NCBI GenBank assembly: GCA_048885925.1
Contig: JBHLLG010000013.1
Span: forward strand, 1 to 64,000
Reading direction: 5' to 3'
Length of the DNA: 64,000 bases
Origin: Candidatus Hermodarchaeota archaeon
GTDB taxonomy: Archaea > Asgardarchaeota > Lokiarchaeia > Sigyniarchaeales > SOKP01
This document shows positions 38,443-48,165 of this stretch, one piece after another (position 1 is the stretch's first letter; every line of letters begins with the position of its first letter). The notes beneath the pieces are model-generated. The model did not search any database, was not told where the DNA came from, and worked only from the letters and a program-made list of their open reading frames with translations. A program made the translations under genes and the position numbers.

Positions 38443-38572
38443 ATTTCATAACCTTTGTATACGGTAATATATCTTCTCTTATTTATTGTTTTAAATAAAT
38501 TTTTCTTAATGATAATTGCTTTTTTATAAAATATTAGTTCAATATTGAATCAAAACTTAATGATATTGAAAT

Positions 38573-39157
38573 TTAAAGACTCTTTGTACCGCAATATTGA
38601 CAAAACTTTAATTCTAAGGGATAAAACTTTTCACAATTAGGACATTTCCTTAATGAATTTTTGAGGATTTCATGTCCTAACATTTCAAAAGCTTTTTCAA
38701 CATTTTCGCCAGTTTTTGATGAAGTACCTAAAATCTCTCCTTGAAATTTATATTTTTCAAATAATTTTAAGACCTCTTCTCTTTGTACTTTTCTTTTTAA
38801 ATCAATTTTTGCTTCTATCAATATTTTTGTTTTAGGAGAATTAGGAACAGATGAGATAACGTTTATCCAGTCATAAAGATCGTTTAAAGAATCTTCATTT
38901 GTAACATCATAAAGCATTAGTGCTCCTGAAGCACCAGATACGTAAGATGGGAACAGAAGACGAAATTTTTTTTCTCCGGCAAAATCCCAAATATTTAGTA
39001 ATATTTCAGTACCATCAACAACTACTTTCTTAGTCTCAAAATCAACACCAATAGTAGATAAAGTGGATTTTTCAAATTTACCTGTTGCATAACGTCTAAT
39101 AAGTGAAGTTTTCCCTACATTTTTGGCTCCAGCAACAACAACCTTAAATTTTATCAT
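38573..39157 (-). CDS. Rab/Ras-like small GTPase with C-terminal zinc ribbon
   Basis: GAKNVGKTS, TIGVDF, IWDFAGE, AKID, TSSKTGENV; CPNC...CQYCG tail. Confidence 0.93.
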   Translation of the reverse strand: MIKFKVVVAGAKNVGKTSLIRRYATGKFEKSTLSTIGVDFETKKVVVDGTEILLNIWDFAGEKKFRLLFPSYVSGASGALMLYDVTNEDSLNDLYDWINVISSVPNSPKTKILIEAKIDLKRKVQREEVLKLFEKYKFQGEILGTSSKTGENVEKAFEMLGHEILKNSLRKCPNCEKFYPLELKFCQYCGTKSL

Positions 39158-39284
39158 ACTGTTCCTCGTAATAAATGTTATTTAAAAATTAGTTTCTTTA
39201 CGATAATATTAATAATTATTATTGAAAACGTTAAAAATCTTTTTTATTGTTTTGATATACAAAATAAAAAGTAATTAAATGAAA

Positions 39285-41678
39285 CTAGTGGTCATTTTTG
39301 TATCTATATCTGCTAATTTTATAAATTTGAGTAGCAATCTTTTTCCCAATATTTTCGATTTTCGTTAAGTCTGGGATATCTGCTAAGAAGATGTTTTGTA
39401 TTGTCTTTAATTCTTTTAATAGTTTTTTAGCCCTTAATGTATTTACACCAGGTATTCCTGCAATTATATGCTCTAATAAACGAGAGTTTTCTATTGGTGC
39501 CTTGTCAAATCTTAATTTAAATGTGGATTTAGTTAATGTTTGTTCTTTTCTTGCCAAGTGATATAAAAATTTAGCTGTTTCGATAGAATTTTCTGTTTTA
39601 TACACTGAAATTCCTAAATTGATTATTATTGAAGTTATTGCTCCATATAAAGCGTTCTCATTAATATTAGTATTCTTTAATAGATCTCCCTCCAAGACCA
39701 AAATTGGTCTTGAAAATTGCTTTGTTAGCTCAATCAATTCATTGAATAATCGTCCGTCGATAATAGAATCGTTAAAGTCTTTTGATGACTTTCTTTCTAT
39801 TCCTACATATTCCGAAACTATATAATCTGCTACGGGTAATTGTTCTAATTTAAGTTTAAGTCCCATTAGTGATAAAGTTCTAACAACTGGTGAAGCTGTT
39901 TCTCGGTTATCGCATATAATTTCAAACTCTTGAGCATCATCTATTTTCTTAACAGAACTCAAATCTAAAAGATTTTCATCATTCTCTTGAGTTTCTTCAT
40001 TTGCTTTTTGAGACATAAAGTTTAAAAGATTTAACTGACCTACTTTGGAATGAACCTCAGAATTCTTAATTTTTTCTAAACTTAATTTCATGCTTTTTTC
40101 CTTTGTCTTTTCAGCCCAATAATAGCCTTCATCCCGAGTATCCTCTGCCATTAATACATATACTTTACCTTCTTTTTTTCTACCAGTACGCCCACGTCGT
40201 TGAATAGATCGTATAGCACTGGGTACAACATCATAAAAAACTACTAAGTCACACTCTTCTATATCTAATCCTTCTTCTGCTACACTTGTACCTACCAGTG
40301 TATTATAAATTCCTTCCTTAAATTCCCTTAGAAGATTTATTTGTTCTTTTTGAGTTAAGCCCTTATCTGATCCTCTTGTCGCTTGTCCTACAAATTTATG
40401 GATTTTTATTAGTGTATCTTTTTTAAAAATTTGCACCAAATTATTAACAGAATCTCTAAAATGACAGAATACTAGTATTCTTGAACTTGGATTTTCCCTT
40501 AGTTGACAATTTAAAATTTCTTTCAATTTTTCTATTTTCGGATGAATAATTCCTTTAGAGTGTAGTTCATACGTCAATATTTGAGCACGTTTAAAATCTT
40601 TATCAATAAATAATTCTTTTAAAGACTTATTGGCAGTGCTTTTTTTAATCTTTTCATTATTTTTTTCAAAATAATCTTTAAGAGCTGAAACTCCTTGAGT
40701 TTCAATTAATTCAATCATATGTGATAATCTAATAGCATTCGCTACTAACTTTTTGGCGTTAAACATTTGGAACTTATCATCCTTATCTTTTGCTATAGAA
40801 ATTCTTCGATTAATTAAATGATTTAGTTTTAGCAAATCCTTTCTATTGATCTTTAATATATCATAAGACGGTAGTAAATCATTTTCTTTTAAGAATCTAT
40901 AACAATCTTTTAATTTTTCTTCCAAAATTTTTTTTATTTCTAAGAATTTAGCTGGAAGTTTAACTTTTATCCATTTATTTTCTACGTTATGGATATATGG
41001 AATAACATCTAAATCCTTTTCTGTTCTGATTTCGATGTGATCTATAAATAAATTTTGTTTAATCTCATTTATCTTTCCTTCAGTTGAGCCAGGACTTGCT
41101 GTAAGGCCTAATATCTGGGCATAATTTGATATATCACGATATTTTTTAGCAATAAAACAGTAAGCATAATCTCCCACAGCTCGATGACATTCATCAAAAA
41201 TCATTAATGAAACATCTTTGATTGAATATAATCCTGCAATAAGGTCATTTTGAAGTACTTGAGGTGTCATGAAAGCAATTTTTATACCTGTCCATAATTC
41301 TTTCCTTTTTTCAGGAAGAATTGCACCCGTAAGAGAGATAAGGGATTCGTTAGGGAGATTAGTTAATTCTAAAAAAGAATGGTAGTGTTGTTCTACTAGA
41401 GGTTTAGTAGGAGCTAATATTATTACTTTCGAATCTTTTATCTCTGTTAATCTTTGTACAGCAAGCATTAACGCTATGATTGTTTTCCCTAAACCTGTGG
41501 GAATGACTACTAAACAATTCTTATTTAAACAATTAATAAAAATATTTTCTTGATATTCCCGTCGAGTTATAATGTCTTGTTTAATCAATGGGTGAGAAAT
41601 AAACCCTTCATTTGTAGATACAAAAATCACCCGGAGGATTGAGAATTTTATAATTATTGAGTATTGAATTCTATTCAA
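39285..41678 (-). CDS. hef: Hef/FANCM helicase-nuclease (true start probably near 41620-41630)
   Basis: REYQ, PTGLGKT, DECHRA, GLTASPG, EEGLD, QRRGRTGR, ERCC4 ERKSSKD, tandem HhH. Confidence 0.95.
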   Translation of the reverse strand: MNRIQYSIIIKFSILRVIFVSTNEGFISHPLIKQDIITRREYQENIFINCLNKNCLVVIPTGLGKTIIALMLAVQRLTEIKDSKVIILAPTKPLVEQHYHSFLELTNLPNESLISLTGAILPEKRKELWTGIKIAFMTPQVLQNDLIAGLYSIKDVSLMIFDECHRAVGDYAYCFIAKKYRDISNYAQILGLTASPGSTEGKINEIKQNLFIDHIEIRTEKDLDVIPYIHNVENKWIKVKLPAKFLEIKKILEEKLKDCYRFLKENDLLPSYDILKINRKDLLKLNHLINRRISIAKDKDDKFQMFNAKKLVANAIRLSHMIELIETQGVSALKDYFEKNNEKIKKSTANKSLKELFIDKDFKRAQILTYELHSKGIIHPKIEKLKEILNCQLRENPSSRILVFCHFRDSVNNLVQIFKKDTLIKIHKFVGQATRGSDKGLTQKEQINLLREFKEGIYNTLVGTSVAEEGLDIEECDLVVFYDVVPSAIRSIQRRGRTGRKKEGKVYVLMAEDTRDEGYYWAEKTKEKSMKLSLEKIKNSEVHSKVGQLNLLNFMSQKANEETQENDENLLDLSSVKKIDDAQEFEIICDNRETASPVVRTLSLMGLKLKLEQLPVADYIVSEYVGIERKSSKDFNDSIIDGRLFNELIELTKQFSRPILVLEGDLLKNTNINENALYGAITSIIINLGISVYKTENSIETAKFLYHLARKEQTLTKSTFKLRFDKAPIENSRLLEHIIAGIPGVNTLRAKKLLKELKTIQNIFLADIPDLTKIENIGKKIATQIYKISRYRYKNDH

Positions 41679-41819
41679 ATATATAAACTAAAGGACTTTA
41701 TTAGATCATTAAAAAATACTTAAATTCTTAAATCGATTTAACAACAATTTAATAAATTGAAGAAAGTAAGGAGTAAAGTAACATTTAATTCAAATGCTTT
41801 ATTATTTAAATAAGAATAA

Positions 41820-41923
41820 GCGCGGGTGGTCTAGTGGTATGACGACACCTATTTTATTAATAACATATAAAGCGTTAAACGCTCACACCGTGTAAATCAG
41901 GGGTTCAATTCCCCTCCTGCGCA
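41820..41923 (+). tRNA. trnV: tRNA-Val(CAC) with a 32-nt non-canonical intron
   Basis: Acceptor GCGCGGG/CCTGCGC+A; D arm GTC-TAGTGGTAT-GAC; T arm AGGGG-TTCAATT-CCCCT. After removing 32 nt the anticodon arm is ACACG-CTCACAC-CGTGT (72-nt mature body, no encoded CCA). Confidence 0.88.
41847..41878 (+). other. tRNA intron at position 28/29 (could slide to 29/30 or 30/31)
   Basis: Central helix GACG/CGTT with AC|A and AA|A 3-nt segments. Cutting after the second base of each restores ACACG. Confidence 0.7.
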
Positions 41924-42035
41924 TTAATAAAGGTGAATATTACTATACACCTATTAAAAACTTAGTCAAAACCAAAAAAGTTATATGAAATTATGCATTT
42001 AAAAAGTTAAATTATTCTTTTTCTTAGGGTTAATA

Positions 42036-42338
42036 ATGTCTAGTTTTTTTGAGTCTCAAGAATTACGCAAACAATATAAAAAAGTTAGAGAATATGTTAA
42101 GATTGGTCCAATATTTTTAACCAGATATGAAAAAGCTAGGATTGTGGGAGCTAGGGCATTACAAATTTCTTTTGGAGCACCAATATTAGTGGAAAAGCCT
42201 AAAAATCTAATAGATCCAATAAAAATTGCCCAGTTAGAATTAAGATCAAAAATTCTACCACTAACTATCAGAAGGGAGAATCCAAGTGGAGAATATCAAG
42301 ATCTACCCATAAATAAGTTAATCCTAAAAAAGGATTAA
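42036..42338 (+). CDS. rpoK: DNA-directed RNA polymerase subunit K (Rpo6)
   Basis: [28 protein letters not shown]. Confidence 0.96.
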   Translation: MSSFFESQELRKQYKKVREYVKIGPIFLTRYEKARIVGARALQISFGAPILVEKPKNLIDPIKIAQLELRSKILPLTIRRENPSGEYQDLPINKLILKKD

Positions 42339-42350
42339 CTATTCCATAAA

Positions 42351-42824
42351 TTATTGAACCCGATATTTTCCACGTTCAGTTAAAAAATAAACTGGTTTAT
42401 TTTCAACCATTTCAGATTGTATATATCCTTTAGAAATTAAATCGACAATAATTTTTTCTAAATCTACTTTTGTAAAGCCAGGAATACCTAAAGGTATTCT
42501 TGATTGGTTCGCGATTATTGCAATTCGTTCTAAAAATAATCTTTTTCCCATAAATGTTTCAAGGATTGTAATCTCATCATTCGTTAGCCTTTCAAATTGG
42601 TCATGTTCCAATAATCTCTCTTTTAAAGTTTGCGCAAGATCTCTTGCTTCCGGGCTGATTTCTTGTCTTTGCACTTCAACATGTTTTAATTTAACTAAAT
42701 CTTTTGCAACTAGTTTCTTTTTATTATCTGATGTTTTTTCTATAGATGGTTTTTCATTCTTCTTCTTCTCTTGCTCGTTTATATCAGATTTATTAATATT
42801 TTCCATAATATTACCATAAGGCAT
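42351..42824 (-). CDS. Hypothetical protein with C-terminal winged helix
   Basis: Charged N-terminus; LISKGYI...YFLTERG wHTH wing motif. Confidence 0.7.
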   Translation of the reverse strand: MPYGNIMENINKSDINEQEKKKNEKPSIEKTSDNKKKLVAKDLVKLKHVEVQRQEISPEARDLAQTLKERLLEHDQFERLTNDEITILETFMGKRLFLERIAIIANQSRIPLGIPGFTKVDLEKIIVDLISKGYIQSEMVENKPVYFLTERGKYRVQ

Positions 42825-42851
42825 TTAATTATAAAAATTTATATTCAAGTA

Positions 42852-43418
42852 ATGAAAAAGGTAATAGAATTAAAAACCGGAGAAACAATAATTATTAGAC
42901 ACTTAACTAAACCAGATATCAACGGTGTTTGGTATAACTTTAATGAGGTAATAGAAGAGGGTCTTTATTTACCTGTATTCTTACCCGTGAGATCTCAACT
43001 CGAAAAAGATTCTTGGTATATTAACCTTAAAAAAGAAAATGAACTTTTTATTGTAGCAGAACATCAAGATCTTAAATCCCCATATAATGTTATTGGACAA
43101 TGCGAGATTTTAAATTCTGAATGGGATGCAGCTAAGCATGTTGGCACTTTAGGAATTATTGTTAGGGAAAAGTACAGAGATTTGGGTATAGGTAAACAAC
43201 TTATTGATATGGCAATTCGAGAATCTAAAAAATTGAATGGTAAAGAAAAAATAATTCTTAGCAGTTTTTCTACTAACGAAAGAGCACTCCATCTTTTTAA
43301 AAAGCTAGGGTTTAAAACCATTGGAATTAGAAAAAAGCAGTTCTTAATGGAATCTAATTATATTGATGAAATTTTAATGGAACTTTGGATTGATGATTAT
43401 CTTAAAGAAAATAAATAA
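42852..43418 (+). CDS. GNAT-family acetyltransferase
   Basis: V..KYRDLGIGKQL motif A, NERALHLFKKLGF. Start taken at ATG 42852 to avoid overlapping the divergent gene. Confidence 0.9.
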   Translation: MKKVIELKTGETIIIRHLTKPDINGVWYNFNEVIEEGLYLPVFLPVRSQLEKDSWYINLKKENELFIVAEHQDLKSPYNVIGQCEILNSEWDAAKHVGTLGIIVREKYRDLGIGKQLIDMAIRESKKLNGKEKIILSSFSTNERALHLFKKLGFKTIGIRKKQFLMESNYIDEILMELWIDDYLKENK

Positions 43419-43546
43419 ATATTCGATACCAATTTTGCTTTTTAGTATTAAAAAAGTATTTGATAGAAATTCTTGTATAGAAACGTATTAATAAGAACAT
43501 TCTTTAACTTTAATTTAATAAGATTATTACAAATGGTTGTAGATTC

Positions 43547-44128
43547 ATGCTGAAATTCAAAGTTTGTCTTGCTGGTTCCAAAGGTGTCGGAAAATCTTCT
43601 CTAATCTCCAGATATATAGACGATATTTTCATCGAGAACTCTATTCAAACCATTGGAGTAGCATTTAAAAGAAAAGAGATTAAAATTAAAGAAAATCTAA
43701 AAGTAGATATGAACATATGGGATTTTGGAGGAGAAGAAAAATACCGTATTTTGTTTCCTGCTTATGTGAACGGTGCAACAGCAGCTTTATTATTATATGA
43801 TACAACAAATAAGGATTCTTTAGAAGATCTTATAAATTGGGTTCAAATAATCGACGACAATTCAAAAGAAATCATAAAAGTAATAATCGGTACGAAAATT
43901 GACTTAAAAGAACAACGAGAAATTTCTAAAGCGGATGCTATTAGTTTTAGTACTAAATTCAACTGTTATGGAGACCCTATTGGTACTTCCTCTAAAACGG
44001 GCGAGAATGTCGAAAAAGCATTTTATAACATAGTTGAGGCAATTATTGAAAGAGATTTACAAGAATGCAAAAGCTGTGGTGAATTTTTTTCAAAAAAATT
44101 AAAACACTGCAACTTTTGTGGAGAATAA
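43547..44128 (+). CDS. Rab/Ras-like small GTPase with C-terminal zinc ribbon
   Basis: GSKGVGKSS, TIGVAF, IWDFGGE, TKID, TSSKTGENV; CKSCG...CNFCG tail. Confidence 0.93.
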   Translation: MLKFKVCLAGSKGVGKSSLISRYIDDIFIENSIQTIGVAFKRKEIKIKENLKVDMNIWDFGGEEKYRILFPAYVNGATAALLLYDTTNKDSLEDLINWVQIIDDNSKEIIKVIIGTKIDLKEQREISKADAISFSTKFNCYGDPIGTSSKTGENVEKAFYNIVEAIIERDLQECKSCGEFFSKKLKHCNFCGE

Positions 44129-44159
44129 CCAGAAAATAGAATCAAAAAGCTATCTTTTA

Positions 44160-44990
44160 TTACAAATCCTCTTCCTCTCTCCTATAAAGCGATGGTGGAA
44201 TTCTCACACTTTCTAAAGGTTTACTTTTAAGTCTTTGAATAAATACTTGAAGTTCCATCCTAGCATTTTCTATTGAAGCCTCGATTTCTTTCTTAACATT
44301 CTCTTCACCAAGAACAAAATCTCCATGACTAGGAAAAAAACTATTAATTCTTAACGTATTTAAAATGTGTAAGGAATTAATATATTCAGAAATTGAACCA
44401 GACTCATAAATGTTAGTAATAGCTCCTTTATACAATGTGTCACCTGTAAAGATATATTGCTTAACTGGTTCATAAAGGCAAATGCAACCAGATGTGTGTC
44501 CTGGTGTTTCAACAATTTTTAACACCACACCTCCTAAATCAATGATATTTCTATCCTCAAGCCATATATTAATTTTCAAATTAGATAAATCGACACCACA
44601 CTTTTTTCCTTTTGTTATCAACTCATCAGTATGTTGGATTTTAGTGGCAGCCCACCTATGTGCGGCAATTGGGCAATGCAGATAAGCATTAGAACTGATA
44701 TGATCAAAATGTTCATGAGTATTAATCACTAAATTAATATCTTCAATTTTTAAACCTATTTCAGTCGTGAGTAGATAATTAAGACTATTGAATTTAGTAA
44801 TAATCCCCGTATCAATTAATAAATTTATATCTTCCCCAATAATTAAATAAACATGACAACCGGTTCCTCTTGCATGGAATTGATATACGTTGGGTTTTAC
44901 AAGGTTTAATCTATATCCCTCTTTTCCATAAATATCATCTTTTTTAATTAATCGTGGAGTAAATATGGTAGATTCTTTGCTTTGTTCCAT
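44160..44990 (-). CDS. MBL-fold metallo-hydrolase
   Basis: THEHFDH, TPGHT, FTGD, PSHG. Confidence 0.9.
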   Translation of the reverse strand: MEQSKESTIFTPRLIKKDDIYGKEGYRLNLVKPNVYQFHARGTGCHVYLIIGEDINLLIDTGIITKFNSLNYLLTTEIGLKIEDINLVINTHEHFDHISSNAYLHCPIAAHRWAATKIQHTDELITKGKKCGVDLSNLKINIWLEDRNIIDLGGVVLKIVETPGHTSGCICLYEPVKQYIFTGDTLYKGAITNIYESGSISEYINSLHILNTLRINSFFPSHGDFVLGEENVKKEIEASIENARMELQVFIQRLKSKPLESVRIPPSLYRREEEDL

Positions 44991-45072
44991 TATTGTTCAC
45001 ATTGAAGATTAAAAAAACTTAATTTTATATATTAAATATTTTGAGAATAATAAAAACCAATCTATTAGAGAA

Positions 45073-46515
45073 TTAGGGATATTTGAACCTTTTCTTAAAC
45101 TGCTCCCAACTCTTTTGATCTAAGGGATTTTCATTTAAAAATAAGAAATTTAAATTTTTTAAATCTTCAACATTTTCATTTCTATAATTCGATATCTTAT
45201 TCCTACCAAGGTGTAACATAATGAGGCTGGCTAAGTTTTCCAGACCTTCAATTTTTTGAATATTATTATTATCCAAATAGAGTTCTTGCAAATTTGTTAA
45301 TTCATTTAATCCTTCTATTTTTTTAATTCTATTACTAGATAATTCTAACTTCCTTAAATTCACTACATTCTCGAGTGATTCGATTATTTCTATAAGATTA
45401 CTCGAAAGATACAATCCTTTTAATTTACTAAGTGTAGATAATCTATCAATTTGAGATATTTTGTTATCGTTTAGATATAACCACATTAAATTCTCTAAAA
45501 AACTAAGCCCAGTCATCTTTTTAATTTGATTGAATGACAGATTCAACCTTGTTAGGTTGGTTAAACCCTCAAGATTCTTAATTTCTGAAATATGATTATA
45601 ATTTAATGTTAATTCTTCCAACTTACTTAAATTTTTAAGATTACTAATCTCTTCAATCTGATTATTGTTTAAAAATAATCTTTTTAAATTTTCTAAGGAA
45701 TCCAAATTTTCAATGTTTCTAATCTTATTATTTGATAAATTTAATTCTACTAATTGTATTAAATTCTCTAAATTTTGAATTTTTTCAATATTATTATAAG
45801 ATAAATCTAAACTTCGTAATTTTTGCAAAAATTCAAGGCCATCCATAGTTCTAAGTTTATTCCTATGCACATGAAGATGCTCTAAATCCGTCAAGTTTTG
45901 AAGTTCAGTTATTTCCAAAATGCTATTTAAGTTCGAGCTTTCACAATTTAACGAAATAATTTTCCCCTTTCTAAGTGTTACATGATATCCACACTTGTTT
46001 ACATAATAATTATTTAAAACTAAACTGATAAATATTTGCTCAAATACTTCTGGGAAAGGTTCACGAAAATCAAAATTTAAAATATCTTTCGGAAACTCAT
46101 CAATTTTATTTTTGTATTTAACCATAATTAATTTCACTAATGAATCAATTAATACTTTTCGTGTTTTTGAATTATTGATTGAATTTAAAGTTTTTAACAC
46201 GAAAAGCTGTTGTTCGACATTATCTACCTTATCTAAAGCATAAGCTAACAATGAAACCAATTTTTTGTTACTTGAATATTTATCTTTCAAAATTTGACCG
46301 GAAATTATTCTAATTTTAATATCTTCATCCGAGAGAAATAAATGCTCGAAAAACTTGAAGTTTTTTCCATTATCAAGTGATCCATAGTTCTCTAAGGCTC
46401 TTTGACGTAATATTGGATCAGTTGAACTATCAATCCACTCTTTCAAAAGAGCTAATCCCTCTTTTTTACCAATTTGATCTATATTTTCTTTTATATTATC
46501 AGGATGCAATTCCAT
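45073..46515 (-). CDS. Leucine-rich repeat protein (SDS22-like 22-aa LRRs) with helical/HEAT-like N-terminus
   Basis: About 12 tandem LxxLxLxxNxIxxIxxL repeats; LNENPL C-cap. Confidence 0.92.
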   Translation of the reverse strand: MELHPDNIKENIDQIGKKEGLALLKEWIDSSTDPILRQRALENYGSLDNGKNFKFFEHLFLSDEDIKIRIISGQILKDKYSSNKKLVSLLAYALDKVDNVEQQLFVLKTLNSINNSKTRKVLIDSLVKLIMVKYKNKIDEFPKDILNFDFREPFPEVFEQIFISLVLNNYYVNKCGYHVTLRKGKIISLNCESSNLNSILEITELQNLTDLEHLHVHRNKLRTMDGLEFLQKLRSLDLSYNNIEKIQNLENLIQLVELNLSNNKIRNIENLDSLENLKRLFLNNNQIEEISNLKNLSKLEELTLNYNHISEIKNLEGLTNLTRLNLSFNQIKKMTGLSFLENLMWLYLNDNKISQIDRLSTLSKLKGLYLSSNLIEIIESLENVVNLRKLELSSNRIKKIEGLNELTNLQELYLDNNNIQKIEGLENLASLIMLHLGRNKISNYRNENVEDLKNLNFLFLNENPLDQKSWEQFKKRFKYP

Positions 46516-46739
46516 TTTGAAAAATCATGAATCTTAAAATTTCAAAAGAACCTTAATTTATCACATATGGTAGAATAAGTTTAAATCTAATCCGTAAAAA
46601 AATAATAAAATATAGAAAAATAAATTCATAAAATAACTTATATGACTAATTTACTTAAATTTACATTTTTTTATAATATTAATATATCTGTTTTAATCAT
46701 AAATTTTAATTCAAATATTTTAAATTTCGATGAATAAAA

Positions 46740-47282
46740 ATGAAGAATTATGAGAAATTTATGATTTATGAACTCGATGATTCGGGAGAAAAGATAAAAG
46801 TTGAAGTAGCCGAAGAAAAACTTCAATCTTTCTTAATCTCTCATCCAGAACAAATATTTATAATAATTCGGGAAGATCTAAAAAGGATTTTCATATGGAA
46901 AGGACCTAAATCTCCAATTCGTAAAAGATTTATAAGCCCCAGAAGTACCATTGCTTTCCAAGAAGAACTCAGAATGGAATTTGGACCTCTTCCTTGTAAG
47001 ATTATCTCTGTAGATGTAGGAGATGAACCGTTAGAGTTTTTAAGTGCTTTCCACTTTCCACCTACGGGGAAAGCTTTAAGAAAAATTATAATTATGATGG
47101 GAGAACTTAAAGAAGTAACGATCATGAGAAAATATCTTCCAGAAATATTCACTGAGGATCTATTAGAAAATTCTAAAGTTGACGGACTTCCAACTTTTAC
47201 ACCCTTATCTTTAGAATATTTTAAATCTTGTGGAATTTTAAATAGATTTCACAATGATAAAATAGTATTTTTTGAAGATTAA
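46740..47282 (+). CDS. Gelsolin-like domain protein
   Basis: IFIWKGPKS ... ISVDVGDEPLEFLSAF matches the gelsolin repeat (IyvW.G..s ... v.qG.Ep.eF...F). Confidence 0.75.
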   Translation: MKNYEKFMIYELDDSGEKIKVEVAEEKLQSFLISHPEQIFIIIREDLKRIFIWKGPKSPIRKRFISPRSTIAFQEELRMEFGPLPCKIISVDVGDEPLEFLSAFHFPPTGKALRKIIIMMGELKEVTIMRKYLPEIFTEDLLENSKVDGLPTFTPLSLEYFKSCGILNRFHNDKIVFFED

Positions 47283-47481
47283 ATCCATATAAAATTTTTA
47301 AACCTTAAACTCTAATTTGAGAAAAAAAATAATAAAAAAAGAAAAATAAAAAACTTAAAATATTAAACCCTATTCTGATTGGATTGTCATGGACTAATTC
47401 TTTTCCAAGAATTCAGATCTCATGAATTACATTGCCTACAACTCCCAAATTTTTAAATACTGGTTCGGTGATTAATTTCAT

Positions 47482-47868
47482 ATGAAAAAGAAAAAGACAA
47501 TAATATTAAAAAACCCTCGATTACAAAAAGTAAGGAGTAATCTAAGGATGATCTTTATTAAATGGGCTCAGGAACAGTGGTTTCAGTTAAATAAAGAAAA
47601 AAAAGTAATTGATCGTGATGCATATGGAAAACCGAGAAAGATAGGGGATTTTAGCTCTGAAGAAAATGAAAAATTTGATAAAATTCGTGCCAGAGTGCGT
47701 GAGATTGACCAGATTGTTAATCATTCCATTTGTAAGTGCACTGTGTGTTCCGCTTCAGACAAGGACATGACATATAATCCTGAGCAGAAAAGCTGGTTCT
47801 GTGTCGGTTGTTATCAGCAATTACAAGCAGCTTATAAGGGAAAAGAAGAGTCCGTATCATATCCCTAA
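47482..47868 (+). CDS. Hypothetical protein with C-terminal Cys cluster (CKCTVC...WFCVGC)
   Basis: 128-aa ORF with a zinc-finger-like Cys arrangement. Confidence 0.65.
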   Translation: MKKKKTIILKNPRLQKVRSNLRMIFIKWAQEQWFQLNKEKKVIDRDAYGKPRKIGDFSSEENEKFDKIRARVREIDQIVNHSICKCTVCSASDKDMTYNPEQKSWFCVGCYQQLQAAYKGKEESVSYP

Positions 47869-48165
47869 AATCTTTTTGTTTTTCTCTATGTTTATTTTTT
47901 AGGTCTCCATACTTTTATTTTCTCAGATCCTAATCTGGATTAGTTCACTTATTTAATTACACGAAGAGATTTTTAGAATATTTTTCATTACTTTCTCAAA
48001 AAAATCCCCTATTTTTGCCTTTTTAGGTATCTACATTTGATTTTTTTCCCTATATTTCTCTCTCTATCTTTTATTAAAAATTAACAATAAAAAAAAAAGA
48101 AAAGAAAAATAAAAATCTTTTAATTATTTACCCAATTTGCTGATTTGACTAAGCGAATTGCTCGA

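Noticed and set aside
41610-41678. Non-canonical GTA start for hef behind GGTGA
   Set aside because: An in-frame GTG and a TTG are available upstream, so a non-standard start is not required.
41930-41956. Hairpin AGGTG...CACCT downstream of the tRNA, and a 9-nt repeat (ACACCTATT) of the tRNA exon/intron junction
   Set aside because: Too short to distinguish from chance or a trailer structure. There is no integrase or duplicated tRNA 3' end to indicate an att site.
45100-45900. 66-nt periodicity as a DNA repeat array or CRISPR
   Set aside because: It is the degenerate coding periodicity of 22-aa LRRs; there are no identical repeats with spacers.
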